Part shown: positions 1 to 12,494 of the stretch, piece by piece | Layout: each line of letters starts with the position of its first letter | Position numbering within the stretch: the stretch's first letter is position 1 | DNA from: Candidatus Hydrogenedentota bacterium | Lineage (GTDB): Bacteria; Hydrogenedentota; Hydrogenedentia; Hydrogenedentales; JAEUWI01 | Assembly (NCBI GenBank): GCA_034669905.1 | Contig: JAXMOL010000029.1 | Location: forward strand, 1-64,000 | Reading direction: 5' to 3' | Length of the DNA stretch: 64,000 bases | Made by a program: the position numbers and the translations under genes | Notes under the pieces: generated by a model | The model's database searches: none | Seen by the model: the letters and a program-made list of their open reading frames with translations, nothing else | What the model was told of the DNA's origin: nothing

Positions 1-1
1 C

Positions 2-1627
2 GGTCCCGAAGGTCCGATGGGCCCTGCGGGTACAGATGGTGAAACAGGCCCAGCGGGTGAAACCGGTCCTGCCGGTCCCCAGGGTGATCCGGGTCCTGAA
101 GGTCCTGTTGGTCCGGTAGGTCCTGCGGGCGAGACCGGTCCTGCGGGTCCCCAAGGTATTCCGGGTCCCGAAGGTCCGATGGGCCCTGCGGGTACAGATG
201 GTGAAACAGGCCCAGCGGGTGAAACCGGTCCTGCGGGTCCCCAAGGTGATCCTGGTCCTGTAGGTCCCATGGGCCCTGCGGGTGCGGATGGCGCCGATGG
301 TGCCACGGGCCCAGCGGGTGAAACCGGTCCTGCCGGTCCCCAGGGTGAACCTGGGCCGGAAGGTCCTGTAGGCCCGGTTGGTCCAGCAGGTGAAACCGGT
401 CCTGCCGGTCCCCAGGGTGATCCGGGTCCTGAAGGTCCTGTTGGTCCGGTAGGTCCAGCGGGTGAAACCGGTCCCGCCGGTCCCCAAGGTATTCCGGGTG
501 TAGATGGTGCCGATGGCGCGCCAGGTCCTGAAGGTCCGGTTGGTCCTGCGGGTGCCGACGGTGCTACGGGTCCTGCGGGTCCCCAAGGCGATCCTGGTCC
601 TGTAGGTCCCATGGGCCCTGCGGGTGCCGACGGTGCCACGGGTCCAGCGGGTGAAACCGGTCCCGCCGGACCGCAAGGCATTCCGGGTGTAGATGGTGCG
701 GATGGTGCGCCAGGCCCCGAAGGTCCAGTAGGCCCGGTTGGTCCTACCGGTCCCCAAGGCGATCCCGGTCCTCAAGGTACACCGGGTGTAGATGGTGCGG
801 ATGGTGCGCCAGGCCCCGAAGGTCCAGTAGGCCCGGTTGGTCCTGCCGGTCCCCAAGGCGATCCCGGTCCTCAAGGTACACCGGGTGTAGATGGTGCGGA
901 TGGTGCGCCAGGCCCCGAAGGTCCTGTTGGCCCTGCGGGTGCCGACGGTGCTATGGGTCCGATGGGTCCTGAAGGTCCGCAAGGCCCTGCTGGCCCTGCG
1001 GGTCCGAACACGACGGATGCCAACAGCCTGTTTGTGGGATCGGATAATGATGGTAATGAAGGCGGCTCGAGCCTTACGCTGGGCACCGATGGTGCGGCCC
1101 ATGTGACGATCCTGGAATCGGGATCGGTGGGTATTGGTATGTCGCCTTCCTTTGAGTTGGATGTAAACGGAACGACCCGCACGAAGGTGCTGAAAATAAC
1201 GGGTGGTGCGGATTTGGCGGAAGGCTTTGATGTGGCTTCGTCGGATTCGCCGGTGACGCCGGGTATGGTGGTGTCGATTGATCCGAAGAACCCGGGCAAG
1301 CTGGCGGTGAGCGTGGAAGCCTACGATCGCCGTGTGGCGGGTATTGTGAGTGGTGCGGGTGATGTGATGCCCGGCATGATCATGTCGCAGGTCGGTACCG
1401 TGGCTGATGGCGAACATCCCATTGCGCTCACGGGCCGGGTCTATTGCCTGGTCGACGCGCGCTTTGGTGCGATTGAACCGGGTGATTTGCTGACGACCTC
1501 GGCGACACCGGGTCACGCGGCGAAAGTGGACGATCATGCGAAGGCGACGGGTGCGGTCATCGGTAAAGCGATGTCGGGCTTGTCGGAAGGTCGTGGTCTG
1601 GTGCTTGTGTTGGTCAGTCTCCAGTAA
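2..1627 (+). CDS. Collagen-like protein (5' partial): long Gly-X-Y repeat plus C-terminal globular domain of tail-fibre/autochaperone type
   Basis: Frame is open from base 2 (GPEGPM...). Gly-X-Y register runs from 2 to 1009 (112 triplets). C-terminal domain [57 protein letters not shown]. Confidence 0.85.
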   Translation, partial: GPEGPMGPAGTDGETGPAGETGPAGPQGDPGPEGPVGPVGPAGETGPAGPQGIPGPEGPMGPAGTDGETGPAGETGPAGPQGDPGPVGPMGPAGADGADGATGPAGETGPAGPQGEPGPEGPVGPVGPAGETGPAGPQGDPGPEGPVGPVGPAGETGPAGPQGIPGVDGADGAPGPEGPVGPAGADGATGPAGPQGDPGPVGPMGPAGADGATGPAGETGPAGPQGIPGVDGADGAPGPEGPVGPVGPTGPQGDPGPQGTPGVDGADGAPGPEGPVGPVGPAGPQGDPGPQGTPGVDGADGAPGPEGPVGPAGADGAMGPMGPEGPQGPAGPAGPNTTDANSLFVGSDNDGNEGGSSLTLGTDGAAHVTILESGSVGIGMSPSFELDVNGTTRTKVLKITGGADLAEGFDVASSDSPVTPGMVVSIDPKNPGKLAVSVEAYDRRVAGIVSGAGDVMPGMIMSQVGTVADGEHPIALTGRVYCLVDARFGAIEPGDLLTTSATPGHAAKVDDHAKATGAVIGKAMSGLSEGRGLVLVLVSLQ

Positions 1628-1695
1628 TCGGATCCGTCAGTCATGTTGCGATTGATTCGAACGCCGAGGCCCCTCCCCCACGGGGAGTGTATCGC

Positions 1696-1718
1696 GCCGG
1701 GTTCCCTGGGAACCCGGC
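1696..1718. promoter_or_regulatory. Perfect 11-bp inverted repeat directly before the RBS of the M6 protease gene
   Basis: gccgggttccc-t-gggaacccggc, followed by aggagg (1719-1724) and ATG at 1736. Confidence 0.45.
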
Positions 1719-1735
1719 AGGAGGAAGATAGAACC

Positions 1736-4654
1736 ATGCCAGGCACACTGCAGGAAAGAACGGACAGGGCGTCTCATGTTGGTGCCCTTAAGACAAGACG
1801 TGGGATATGGAGCGTGTGTGCGCTGCTCCTGTTCGCGGCGCTGGCCTTCCCCCGGGTGGGGGTGGCGGTGCAGGCGAGCCCCGAGCCTTTTGTAGAGAAG
1901 CAACCCGATGGCAGCACGGTTACGCTGCGCATTCATGGCGACGAGCATTTTCACTGGCTGGAAGACTTGGACGGTTTCACCGTCGTTCAGTCGGCGCAGA
2001 AAGAGTTCGTCTATGGCGAGCGCAATGCAACCGGGCGGGTCGTCCCGACGGCACTCCGTGTGGGGCGGGACAATCCGGCCCGTGCGGGGTTGACCCGACG
2101 TATTCTGCCGAGTCGTGAGATTCGGGCTCAGTCGCACCTTCATGCGAATGATGGTGCGGAAGCATCGGAGTCGGAAGACGGTCCGCTGTTGATGGATCCG
2201 ATTACCGGGGTAAAGCGGAACCTTGTGGTGCTGATGCGGTTCTCGGACCATGCGACGCGCACGCTTCCGACGCCGGCGAACTACGACACCCTGTTTAACA
2301 GCGTTGGTGGCGATCCTACCTATGCGCCGACGGGCAGTGTGCGGGATTACTACACGGAAGCGTCGTATGGTCAGATGACCTTGCTCTCCACGGTGGTGGC
2401 CTGGGTGGACTTGCCGCAGACGGAAGCGTACTACGCCAATGGGGTATCGGGTCTGGGTGGCAGCAAGGTTCAGGAGGCGTTGTTGTATGCGTTGAACGCC
2501 ATCGACTCCACGGTGAACTTTAACGATTTCGATACGGTCAGTGATGGGGTTATTGACGCCATCGCCTTCGTGCACTCCGGGTATGGTGCGGAGTTCGGTG
2601 GTACGGATGCGGACGGTGCCCCGAGTACCAGTCGTATCTGGTCGCACAAGTATGCCATATTTCCGGGGTGGAGCTCCGCCGAGGGGGTGACGGTCAGTAA
2701 CTATCACATCAATCCCGGGTTGTGGAGCACGTCGGGATCGGCTATCGGACGTATCGGCGTAATCTGTCACGAGACGGGGCACTTTTTTGGCCTGCCGGAT
2801 CTGTACGACACCGACGCCGGGGCGGGTGACGGTATCGGCTCCTGGGGGCTCATGGCAAACTCCTGGGGTTTCGATGGCAGCCAGTTGTATCCGCCCCAGT
2901 TTTGCTCCTGGAGCAAGATGCAGCTGGGTTGGTTGACGCCCATAGATCTGGATACGCCCGGCAATTATGCCCTGCCCACCTATCATGGGACGCCGACGGC
3001 GCTGAAGATCAGCGCCAACTTTCCGGACGGGGAATATCTGCTCCTGGAAAACCGGCAGCCCCTTGGCTTTGAGGCGGACATGCCCCAGGGTGGTCTTGCG
3101 ATCTTTCACATTGATGAAAACGCAGGCTATAACACCCAGGGCTTTCCGGGGCAGACCGGTTGGCCGGAGAATGGTAATCACTACCGGGTCGCTCTGCTTC
3201 AGGCCGATGGCAACTACGATCTCGAGAAAGGCAACAACCGGGGTGATGCGGGTGATGTGTATCAGGAATTTGGTGCTACGGTGATTGGCCCCGAGACGGT
3301 TCCGAGCACGGATACCTATCAAGGGGGTGTCGTTTTTTCGACGGGCAACACCCTCTTCAATATCCGTCAGACGGGTGGGAACATGTCCTTTACCTACTCT
3401 CAGACGGCGGTGAATGTGTTGGCCGATATTGACGTGTCTCAAACATCCATGAGCTTTTCCATGCCGACTGGCGGAACGGCCAACCAGACCTTGGACGTGT
3501 TGAACACGGCCGATGCCGGTGGTCAGGATCTGGATGTCTTAATCGATGCGTCAGTCGAAGGGTTGTCCACCGATTTCGTGGGGAGTGATGCGCTCATCTT
3601 CAATCCCGTATCGAACATCTACGTGGGCAATGTGTTTCAGGCCACGAGCAACACGCTGTTGCAACAGATAGAGACGGCATTGAGCTTCGAGGGGATGGCC
3701 AATCTGACCTTCATAATTTATGAGATGGATGGCGTCGGTAGCGGATTTGCCAAGACGGAAGTGCTGAGCCTGACCGGTGCAGTGGATGGCATCGGTGCGG
3801 CCTTTTACGGCTCTGGCGAGATTAATTTTCCGCTCACGGCCGGAAAGTACTACGCCATCGCGACGGGTTGGACCAGCGAAGCGATTCAGCTCTTAGGTGA
3901 TTTCAGCGCCGTCGCGCCGACCAGTTTCGGAAGTGTCATCATGGGCTTTGGTTACACGAACCCGTTGCCCCAGGTGTTTACGGGTGCGTTAGTGGATTCG
4001 GGCTATAACTTTTACCAGCGCCTCACGGTCGGGACGCCTGCGTGGTTGAGTGTCGCCCCCTCATTTGCGACTATCGCCGGTCAGGGTCTCCAGCAGGTAA
4101 CGGTCAGTGTGGATGCCACCGGATTTGACCCGGGTACGTACAATGGACAATTGACCATCTTCTCCAATGATGCCGACGAGAACCCGCTCACGATTGGCGT
4201 GGGCCTGTTCATTGGGGTATCGGGTCAGGTCTACGTGGACTTTGGCTATACCGGATCGGAAGCAGGGACGGAGACGAATCCCTTCAACACGCTGGCCGAG
4301 GGGTTGGCTGCGGTTCCGGCCGATGGTACGTTGACCATCTTGAACGGTGGCTTCTCACCCGAAGTGCTGGACATTAACCAATCGGTAAACATCGAGGTCA
4401 TGGGTGGTGAAGCAACCATCGGCGACGTCGGTGGGGTCGCTACGCCGGGTACGTTTACGCTTCCGGGTGACGAGACCAAATCGACGGTCATGCCCTTGCG
4501 CCGGGTGGCGATAGAGGTGGGCGCTGCTGCGCCGGTCTCCGGTTTGTCGCTCCGTGGTCGCGCCATGATGCGTCGTCGCGCGCTACGCCTTCGGGAGCCG
4601 ACAGCAGTCGACATGAGTGCTGTTGGAAGAAGTGAAAGTGGCCTGGGCCGCTAA
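1736..4654 (+). CDS. Secreted M6-family (immune inhibitor A-like) metalloprotease with C-terminal Ig-like/BACON-like modules
   Basis: Signal peptide; N-terminal QPDG..HGDEH prodomain; zinc motif ICHETGHFFGLPDLYD; GIGSWGLMA; EYLLLENRQ; start chosen at ATG 1736 from the RBS. Confidence 0.85.
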   Translation: MPGTLQERTDRASHVGALKTRRGIWSVCALLLFAALAFPRVGVAVQASPEPFVEKQPDGSTVTLRIHGDEHFHWLEDLDGFTVVQSAQKEFVYGERNATGRVVPTALRVGRDNPARAGLTRRILPSREIRAQSHLHANDGAEASESEDGPLLMDPITGVKRNLVVLMRFSDHATRTLPTPANYDTLFNSVGGDPTYAPTGSVRDYYTEASYGQMTLLSTVVAWVDLPQTEAYYANGVSGLGGSKVQEALLYALNAIDSTVNFNDFDTVSDGVIDAIAFVHSGYGAEFGGTDADGAPSTSRIWSHKYAIFPGWSSAEGVTVSNYHINPGLWSTSGSAIGRIGVICHETGHFFGLPDLYDTDAGAGDGIGSWGLMANSWGFDGSQLYPPQFCSWSKMQLGWLTPIDLDTPGNYALPTYHGTPTALKISANFPDGEYLLLENRQPLGFEADMPQGGLAIFHIDENAGYNTQGFPGQTGWPENGNHYRVALLQADGNYDLEKGNNRGDAGDVYQEFGATVIGPETVPSTDTYQGGVVFSTGNTLFNIRQTGGNMSFTYSQTAVNVLADIDVSQTSMSFSMPTGGTANQTLDVLNTADAGGQDLDVLIDASVEGLSTDFVGSDALIFNPVSNIYVGNVFQATSNTLLQQIETALSFEGMANLTFIIYEMDGVGSGFAKTEVLSLTGAVDGIGAAFYGSGEINFPLTAGKYYAIATGWTSEAIQLLGDFSAVAPTSFGSVIMGFGYTNPLPQVFTGALVDSGYNFYQRLTVGTPAWLSVAPSFATIAGQGLQQVTVSVDATGFDPGTYNGQLTIFSNDADENPLTIGVGLFIGVSGQVYVDFGYTGSEAGTETNPFNTLAEGLAAVPADGTLTILNGGFSPEVLDINQSVNIEVMGGEATIGDVGGVATPGTFTLPGDETKSTVMPLRRVAIEVGAAAPVSGLSLRGRAMMRRRALRLREPTAVDMSAVGRSESGLGR

Positions 4655-5043
4655 GTAGACACAATGATACGGACCCGCGTCTGGACGATAGGTCTGGGCG
4701 CGGGTTCTTTTTTGGGTTTGGGGGAAGGGGGGCGACGACGTTGGCGACTTTGTCTTGGGTCGGTAAGTGCTACGCGCTGGCCAGCTCCGCGTGGTTTCGT
4801 GTGCAGGGAGCAACGTCGCCGCGGTACGGCATCGGATAGTTTGCTTCGGGGGTCCTTCAGTTCTCTCCGGAAATCAGACGCCCTCCTTGAGGTGTTTTTC
4901 AGGGGGGGCTATCTTGCTCCATGCGCACGAAACCTCGTTTTACTCGGCATCGCCCTCCTTCGGCGCGTCTACGATGTGGCACGAAGGGGGGGCTCGTCGG
5001 ACCTACCATCATTGTGGGAAGGCGGCTCGGGACGCGCAGGGAG

Positions 5044-5865
5044 CTATGGCGTGGTGAGGGTGCTTCGGATGTCGGCGTGGAGGCGGGTGTAACATTCGGC
5101 CAGGGCGTGTTGGATACTGGCGTCTACGGCGGCCTGGTAGCGTTTGCCCGGTTCTGTCCGCAGGAAGTCCTGATACCGATTCAGGCGCTCATCGGACAGG
5201 GAGTGATAACGGAAGAGGGCGAAGTCCAGGCTGTGCCGCGTGATTTCGTCCCGGGCCACTTCCAGGCGGGTGCGGGCCTCTTTCTCGAGTTGGGCCGGCG
5301 TGGTGGTCGCCGTGGGCTCATGGAGCAATAGGGCCGCGTAGTCCAGGGAGCCCACGAGTTTGGTCTGAAAGGCCAGCTCGGTAGCGACACTTCCCAGGAG
5401 TTCCTGCAGTTCGGCGACTTGCTTTACCCGGGGCGTGGGCACCGTGGCAAGCTGTTTGCGGTAGCTCGCATATTCCTGGCGTGCTTTGTCGTCCAGGCTG
5501 GCGATTTCTGCGGCGGTGACGGCCTTGCCATGGGCGTCGTTCAGCCAAATCAAGGCAAATTGTACATCGGATTCGTCGAGATTGGCTTCGAGTTGGGCGC
5601 GCAGTGCAGGGAGAAAAACGCCGTCATCAAAGCGCTTTCGGAAGGCAGCGGTGAGCCGGGCGCTTCGTGGCTGGTCCATGCCCATGGCCTGGAGTTGGGT
5701 CTGAAACTGGCCTGCGATGAGGTCGGCATAGCGGCCGAACTGGGCGTTCAGTCCCGAGGCTTCCATGAGTGTGGCGTAGGGAGCGGGGGGGGAGTCGGTT
5801 GCCCGGACGCGTGTGCTGTGGGCCGTCAGGGCGAAGGCCGTGTAGAGGAATGTCCGACGTTTCAT
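5044..5865 (-). CDS. Exported hypothetical protein (DUF2059-like), possible Tat signal
   Basis: MKRRTFLYTA twin-arginine-like start after GGAGG RBS; helical sequence; lies downstream of atpC on the same strand. Confidence 0.6.
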   Translation of the reverse strand: MKRRTFLYTAFALTAHSTRVRATDSPPAPYATLMEASGLNAQFGRYADLIAGQFQTQLQAMGMDQPRSARLTAAFRKRFDDGVFLPALRAQLEANLDESDVQFALIWLNDAHGKAVTAAEIASLDDKARQEYASYRKQLATVPTPRVKQVAELQELLGSVATELAFQTKLVGSLDYAALLLHEPTATTTPAQLEKEARTRLEVARDEITRHSLDFALFRYHSLSDERLNRYQDFLRTEPGKRYQAAVDASIQHALAECYTRLHADIRSTLTTP

Positions 5866-6028
5866 GGTGTGGCCTCCCGGGTTATGCGTCCACGCCTCCG
5901 TCGCCAATTGCTCGCCCGGAACGTGGGGCGGAATCGGTCCGCGGTATTCGCGGGCTCCGAGAATTCCTGCCTTCGCGGGAATGATGTGAAGACGACCGTT
6001 GGCTTGCAATGTAGATTGGGGATAACGA

Positions 6029-6448
6029 CTAGTTATAACCCCGTTTACTGTGGGCGCCCAGCCGTGCGAGGGCGCGGGCGAGGGCCCGTTCGGCCCGTTC
6101 CCAATCCAGATCTTCCGGGGGCTTGCGGAGCCGTGTCTGGGCCCGCTCCTGGGCTTCTGTGGCCCGTTCCGGATCAATGTCATCCCCGGGCTCGTAAAAG
6201 CTGGCCAGCACAACCACGCGGTCGGGCATGACTTCGGCGAAGCCACCATGAACCGCGAAGTGATGCGCGTTGCCTTCTGCATCCGAGGCGATGAGCACGC
6301 CGGGCGTCAGGGTAGAAAGCAGGGGGGTGTGTTCCGGGTGCACGGCGAAAACGCCCGCGGCACCGGGGACGACCACCTCGGTCACCTCGAGGATGAATTG
6401 GGGCTTTTCCGGCGCACAGATTTCCAGGTGGAGTGTTGGCTGGGCCAC
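6029..6448 (-). CDS. atpC: ATP synthase F1 epsilon subunit
   Basis: VVVPGAAGVFAVHPEHTPLLSTL, FAVHGGFAEV, C-terminal helical hairpin; follows atpD. Confidence 0.95.
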   Translation of the reverse strand: MAQPTLHLEICAPEKPQFILEVTEVVVPGAAGVFAVHPEHTPLLSTLTPGVLIASDAEGNAHHFAVHGGFAEVMPDRVVVLASFYEPGDDIDPERATEAQERAQTRLRKPPEDLDWERAERALARALARLGAHSKRGYN

Positions 6449-6450
6449 GA

Positions 6451-7887
<1,437 letters not shown>

Positions 7888-7931
7888 TCACCCGAGCGGG
7901 GAGGGGGCCGGAATCATCGCGCAGTGTTTGT

Positions 7932-8786
7932 TTAAAGGGCTTCCGCGCCGCTGATCACCTCGATTAGCTCAGTGGTGATGGCATTCTGGCGCGCACGGTT
8001 ATATTGCAGGGTGAGTTTATCAATTACTTCGCCCGCGTTGCGGGTCGCTGAATCCATGGCGGTCATCCGGGCGCCCAATTCACTGGCGCTGGATTCCAGG
8101 AGGATACGGTGCATCTGGGTTTCGAGATTGCGCAGCAGCAGGGCGTCGAATACTTCTTCCTGGTTGGGCTCGTAGAGATAGTCCAGGCGCGCTTCCGCGT
8201 CGTCTCCCTCTTCGGGGAGGAAGGGGAGGAGGCGTTCGACGGTGATATTCTGCTGGACGGCCGACCGGAATTCGTTGTAGACGCAGTAGACGGCGCCCGT
8301 CTTGCCCTGGGCATACTCTTCCGCGATGTCATCAATGATGCTCCGGGAGAGGGGCAGGGGTTGGTCGGTCATCCCCGTGAAGTTTTGGCGAATGGTCACG
8401 GGGTGGCGTTTCAACGCCTCGAGTCCTTTGCGGCCGATGACGGTGAGCTGGACTTCCTTGTCATGGAAATCTTCGCGAATGGCCTGCATGGTGCGGTTGA
8501 CGATACCCGCGTTAAAGCCGCCACAGAGGCCCTTGTCAGAATTGACGACAATGATGCCGATCTGCTGGGCGTTTCCGTGGGTCAGCAGCGGGTGGGCATC
8601 CAAATCGGCGCAGCGGGTAATGTGTCCGACCAGATCACGCATATGGAAGGCGTAGGGCCGGGCCTGCTGGATGGCCGCCTGGGCACGGCGGAGCTTGGAG
8701 GCGGCGACCATCTTCATGGCCTTCGTGATTTTCTGCGTGCTCTTGACGCTGCCAATGCGGCGTTTTATGTCGCGAAGATTGGCCAT
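7932..8786 (-). CDS. atpG: ATP synthase F1 gamma subunit
   Basis: KITKAMKMVAASK, DKGLCGGFN, RQNAITTELIEVISGAEAL. Confidence 0.98.
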   Translation of the reverse strand: MANLRDIKRRIGSVKSTQKITKAMKMVAASKLRRAQAAIQQARPYAFHMRDLVGHITRCADLDAHPLLTHGNAQQIGIIVVNSDKGLCGGFNAGIVNRTMQAIREDFHDKEVQLTVIGRKGLEALKRHPVTIRQNFTGMTDQPLPLSRSIIDDIAEEYAQGKTGAVYCVYNEFRSAVQQNITVERLLPFLPEEGDDAEARLDYLYEPNQEEVFDALLLRNLETQMHRILLESSASELGARMTAMDSATRNAGEVIDKLTLQYNRARQNAITTELIEVISGAEAL

Positions 8787-8789
8787 GGA

Positions 8790-10325
8790 CTATTTCTCTT
8801 CCGCGTTTCCGCGGTGGCGGACTTCAAACTGTTCCGTGTAGTGCTTGAGGGCTTTGTCCAACTGGGGCTTCAACTCTTTGCTGAGCTCCCCGGCGTTGCG
8901 GAGGGCGTCAAACACGTCTTTCGCTTCGGTTTCAAAGTGGTGGTAGAGCTCTTCCTCATAGCGGCGTACGGCGCCGACGGGCACGTTGTTGAGGTAGCCG
9001 GAGGTGGCCGCATAAATGATGAGGACCTGCTTCTCGACGGAGAGCGGGGCGTATTGGGGCTGTTTGAGAATTTCTACGAGGCGCTGTCCCAGGTTCAACT
9101 GGAGCTGGGTCGCGCGGTCGAGGTCACTGCCAAACTGGGCGAAGGCTTCCAACTCACGGAACTGGGCCAAATCCAGGCGGAGCGTGCCGGAGACCTTTTT
9201 CATGGCCTTAATCTGGGCGTTGCCGCCTACACGGGAAACCGAGATGCCCGGGTTGATAGCGGGGCGTACGCCAGAGTAGAAAAGGTCATTCTCCAGGAAG
9301 ATCTGTCCGTCGGTGATGGAAATAACGTTGGTCGGGATATAGGCGGAAACGTCGCCTGCCTGGGTTTCAATAATGGGCAGGGCGGTGAGGCTGCCGCCGC
9401 CTTGGGCGTCGCTCAACTTTGCGGCGCGCTCCAGCAGCCGGGAGTGGAGGTAGAACACATCGCCGGGATAGGCTTCGCGGCCCGGAGGACGGCGAAGGAG
9501 CAGGGAAAGCTGACGATAGGCCACGGCGTGTTTGGAAAGATCGTCATAGATGGCGAGGACGTGTTTGCCCTTGTCGCGGAAGTATTCGCCCATGGCGGCG
9601 CCGGAATAGGGGGCCAGGTACTGGAGGGGGGCGGGTACCGAGGCGGAGGCGGCGACGACGATGGTGTAGTCCATGGCGCCGTGCTCTTTCAGCTCGTTGA
9701 CCACCTGGGCGACCGTCGAGCGCTTCTGTCCAATGGCGACATAAATGCAGATGACGTCTTCGTTTTTCTGGTTGAGGATGGTGTCGATGGCGATGGCCGT
9801 CTTACCGGTCTGGCGGTCACCGATAATGAGTTCGCGCTGGCCCCGACCGATGGGGGTCATGGCGTCGATGGCCTTGACGCCGGTCTGAAGGGGCTCGGTA
9901 ACGGGCTGACGATCCACGATGCCGGGGGCGATGCGCTCCACGGGGTTCGTTTCCGTCGATTCGATCGGGCCACGGCCGTCGATAGGGTCGCCGAGGGCGT
10001 TGACGACGCGACCGATGAGGGCATCCCCTACGGGCACGGATGTGATAGTGCCCGTGCGTCGGACGGTATCCCCTTCGGAGATCTTTTCGTACTCGCCGAA
10101 CAGCACGGCACCGACGTTGTCCTCTTCGAGGTTGAGGGCCATGCCCTTTACCCCATGGGGAAAGTCGAGGGTCTCGCCGGCCATGACATTGGCCAATCCA
10201 AAGACACGGGCGATACCGTCACCCGCCTGGATAACCGTTCCGACTTCGGAAACATCGACCGTATCGTGAAAATCGGTGATCTGCTGTTTAATGATTTCGG
10301 TGATTTCAGTAGCCTGGATTTTCAT
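8790..10325 (-). CDS. atpA: ATP synthase F1 alpha subunit
   Basis: GDRQTGKT P-loop, [24 protein letters not shown]. Confidence 0.99.
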   Translation of the reverse strand: MKIQATEITEIIKQQITDFHDTVDVSEVGTVIQAGDGIARVFGLANVMAGETLDFPHGVKGMALNLEEDNVGAVLFGEYEKISEGDTVRRTGTITSVPVGDALIGRVVNALGDPIDGRGPIESTETNPVERIAPGIVDRQPVTEPLQTGVKAIDAMTPIGRGQRELIIGDRQTGKTAIAIDTILNQKNEDVICIYVAIGQKRSTVAQVVNELKEHGAMDYTIVVAASASVPAPLQYLAPYSGAAMGEYFRDKGKHVLAIYDDLSKHAVAYRQLSLLLRRPPGREAYPGDVFYLHSRLLERAAKLSDAQGGGSLTALPIIETQAGDVSAYIPTNVISITDGQIFLENDLFYSGVRPAINPGISVSRVGGNAQIKAMKKVSGTLRLDLAQFRELEAFAQFGSDLDRATQLQLNLGQRLVEILKQPQYAPLSVEKQVLIIYAATSGYLNNVPVGAVRRYEEELYHHFETEAKDVFDALRNAGELSKELKPQLDKALKHYTEQFEVRHRGNAEEK

Positions 10326-10879
10326 CCGCCTAGATTCTCCTCTGGCAGCAGGGATTGCTTGAGTCGCTCGATGCGAGCGCGGACGCTGCCGTCGATAATC
10401 GTTCCACCAATCTGGGCGATAACACCGCCCAGCAGGTCTGGATCAACAGCGTGGTCAATGCGTACATGCATCCCGGAGAATTTTTCCAGGGACGCGATAA
10501 TTTCGTTTCGTTGGGTGTCGGTAAGCGCGATGGCCGAGGTGACCTGGGCACTGACGCGGTTGAGCCGGGCATCGGTCTGGGTCGCGAAGAGGCTCGTGAC
10601 GTCGGGCAAGATGCGGGCCCTTCGCCGCTGCACCAGTGCGGCCACCAATCTCTTGAGTCGGGGGTCTGCGCCGAGCTTGTCCAGGATGGCATCGAGAATA
10701 GCGACCTGTGTCCTGGTTGGCACGGCCGGATTCCCGATGATTCCCTGAAGGGCGTCGCTTTCCAGCAGGGTCTCGGAGAAGGAGCTCAGGATTTCGAGGG
10801 TAGGCTCGAGGGCCTGATCATCTTCGATCGATTCACTCAGGCTGCGGGCATAGCGATAGGCAACCAGGTAATTCTTCAT
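10322..10879 (-). CDS. atpH: ATP synthase F1 delta subunit
   Basis: VAYRYARSL start; [23 protein letters not shown]; position between b and alpha. Confidence 0.95.
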   Translation of the reverse strand: MKNYLVAYRYARSLSESIEDDQALEPTLEILSSFSETLLESDALQGIIGNPAVPTRTQVAILDAILDKLGADPRLKRLVAALVQRRRARILPDVTSLFATQTDARLNRVSAQVTSAIALTDTQRNEIIASLEKFSGMHVRIDHAVDPDLLGGVIAQIGGTIIDGSVRARIERLKQSLLPEENLGG

Positions 10880-11643
10880 GCCTGTGCCTCCACGTCGTGG
10901 GTAAACTGTTGGATCAAGGCGTCGTGACGTTCCTGACTGTCATTGGCTTTTGCCTGGGCCGTGAGGGCCTCTATCGCCTGGTGCACCAGTTCCCGTTTCA
11001 ACGCCAGTTCGGCGGCGTGTACTTCGGCTTTCTTGCGTTCGGTCAGTTCGCGCTCATGGAGTCCCACGCTATAGTGGTTGGCCTCGGCCAGTTCGGCGAG
11101 TTCACGCTCCAGGCGTCGTTCGGTCTGTTCGCTGACCTTCAGTTCCTCTTCATGCACATGGGCGAGTTTATCTTCCACGCTCGCCCGGCGCCCCAGGGCC
11201 GACTTGCGCGAGCGGGCGGCCTGGTTAATCTTGTCGCGAAGCTCTTCGATTTGTTCGTCCAGAAAGCGCAGCAAAGGGGCTTTGGCGAGACGGAGGACCA
11301 ATACGACCACGAGGGTGGCATTGAAGATCTCGAAGAAGAGGGTGTAGAGGTGGATCCGGTGTTGCTCTGCCTGGAAGTCCTCGGTGGCTTCGTATTCCGC
11401 AACGAGGGCAACCCGACGGCCGAGCTCGGGATTGGCTTCCAGATCGAAGAGATGGGGGCGTTGCACGTAGTGCTTATAGTCGTCGCTCTTGATGGCTTCC
11501 AGATAGCGCTCATGGGCGGCACGGTGGGTGCTGCGATAGGCCTCGGAGAGCCCCGGGGGTCCGAGGAGCCAGTTCACGCCTATCCACCCGAGCAGCGCAA
11601 CGCTGACCAACAGGATGAGGAATTGCTTTGTATTGCGATTCAC
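10876..11643 (-). CDS. atpF: ATP synthase Fo subunit b with an N-terminal extra TM helix and soluble insert
   Basis: Second TM ..EIFNATLVVVLVLRLAKAPLLRFLDEQIEEL followed by a coiled coil; operon position; 255 aa is long for b. Confidence 0.75.
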   Translation of the reverse strand: MNRNTKQFLILLVSVALLGWIGVNWLLGPPGLSEAYRSTHRAAHERYLEAIKSDDYKHYVQRPHLFDLEANPELGRRVALVAEYEATEDFQAEQHRIHLYTLFFEIFNATLVVVLVLRLAKAPLLRFLDEQIEELRDKINQAARSRKSALGRRASVEDKLAHVHEEELKVSEQTERRLERELAELAEANHYSVGLHERELTERKKAEVHAAELALKRELVHQAIEALTAQAKANDSQERHDALIQQFTHDVEAQA

Positions 11644-11646
11644 AGG

Positions 11647-12066
11647 CTACTCCAACTCCAGTTTTTTGGCCATGGCATGGTGGATATCACCGGAAAGGGC
11701 ATCAAACTGATCACGCTGGCCGTCAATCTCTTTCGCGAGTGCCTGTGCCAGGGTGGCAATCTCTTGCTCGGCTTTTGCCTTAAAGGCCGCCACGTGGGCG
11801 TGGTGCTCTTCCTGGGCCTGGCGGTGGGCGCGCCCGAGGCGCACGCTGGCTTCCCGGTGGATTCGGGCGATCTTCGCACCGTACTCGTCCTCCAGGGCGG
11901 TGGCTTCTTCGCCGGCTTTGATGGCCGTTTGTTTGTCGTCCGCGATCTGATCATTCCGCCGATCCATCAGGGCGAGGAGGGGCGTAAAGATAAGGCGGTG
12001 CATGGCCCCGAGAAAGGCGAGGAACATGACCAGCAGGACCACTATGGTGAAGTTTACCGATACCAT
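11647..12066 (-). CDS. ATP synthase Fo subunit b'
   Basis: SVNFTIVVLLVMFLAF..LIFTPLLALMDRR followed by a coiled coil; typical b' start. Confidence 0.85.
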   Translation of the reverse strand: MVSVNFTIVVLLVMFLAFLGAMHRLIFTPLLALMDRRNDQIADDKQTAIKAGEEATALEDEYGAKIARIHREASVRLGRAHRQAQEEHHAHVAAFKAKAEQEIATLAQALAKEIDGQRDQFDALSGDIHHAMAKKLELE

Positions 12067-12085
12067 GAGACGAGAAGTGCCTTGC

Positions 12086-12421
<336 letters not shown>

Positions 12422-12494
12422 CTAATTGGGCCTAAGGGCCTTGGTCAATCAATGTTGCTTGGTTAAAACGCCGTGTTGGCGAAGGACTACGTAA

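Noticed and set aside
1..1627. Prophage tail fibre
   Set aside because: No phage genes downstream; the context is secreted cellular proteins (upstream is not visible).
4664..5092. 142-aa ORF after the M6 protease
   Set aside because: Arg/Gly-rich composition, no RBS or motifs, and it overlaps the convergent gene end; likely spurious.
8109..10748. 879-aa plus-strand ORF, and similar long ORFs at 1637-3442, 10897-12108, 17285-18334, 22242-23930, 31312-32688 and 53435-54967
   Set aside because: Antisense shadows of well-supported genes in high-GC DNA; no recognisable motifs.
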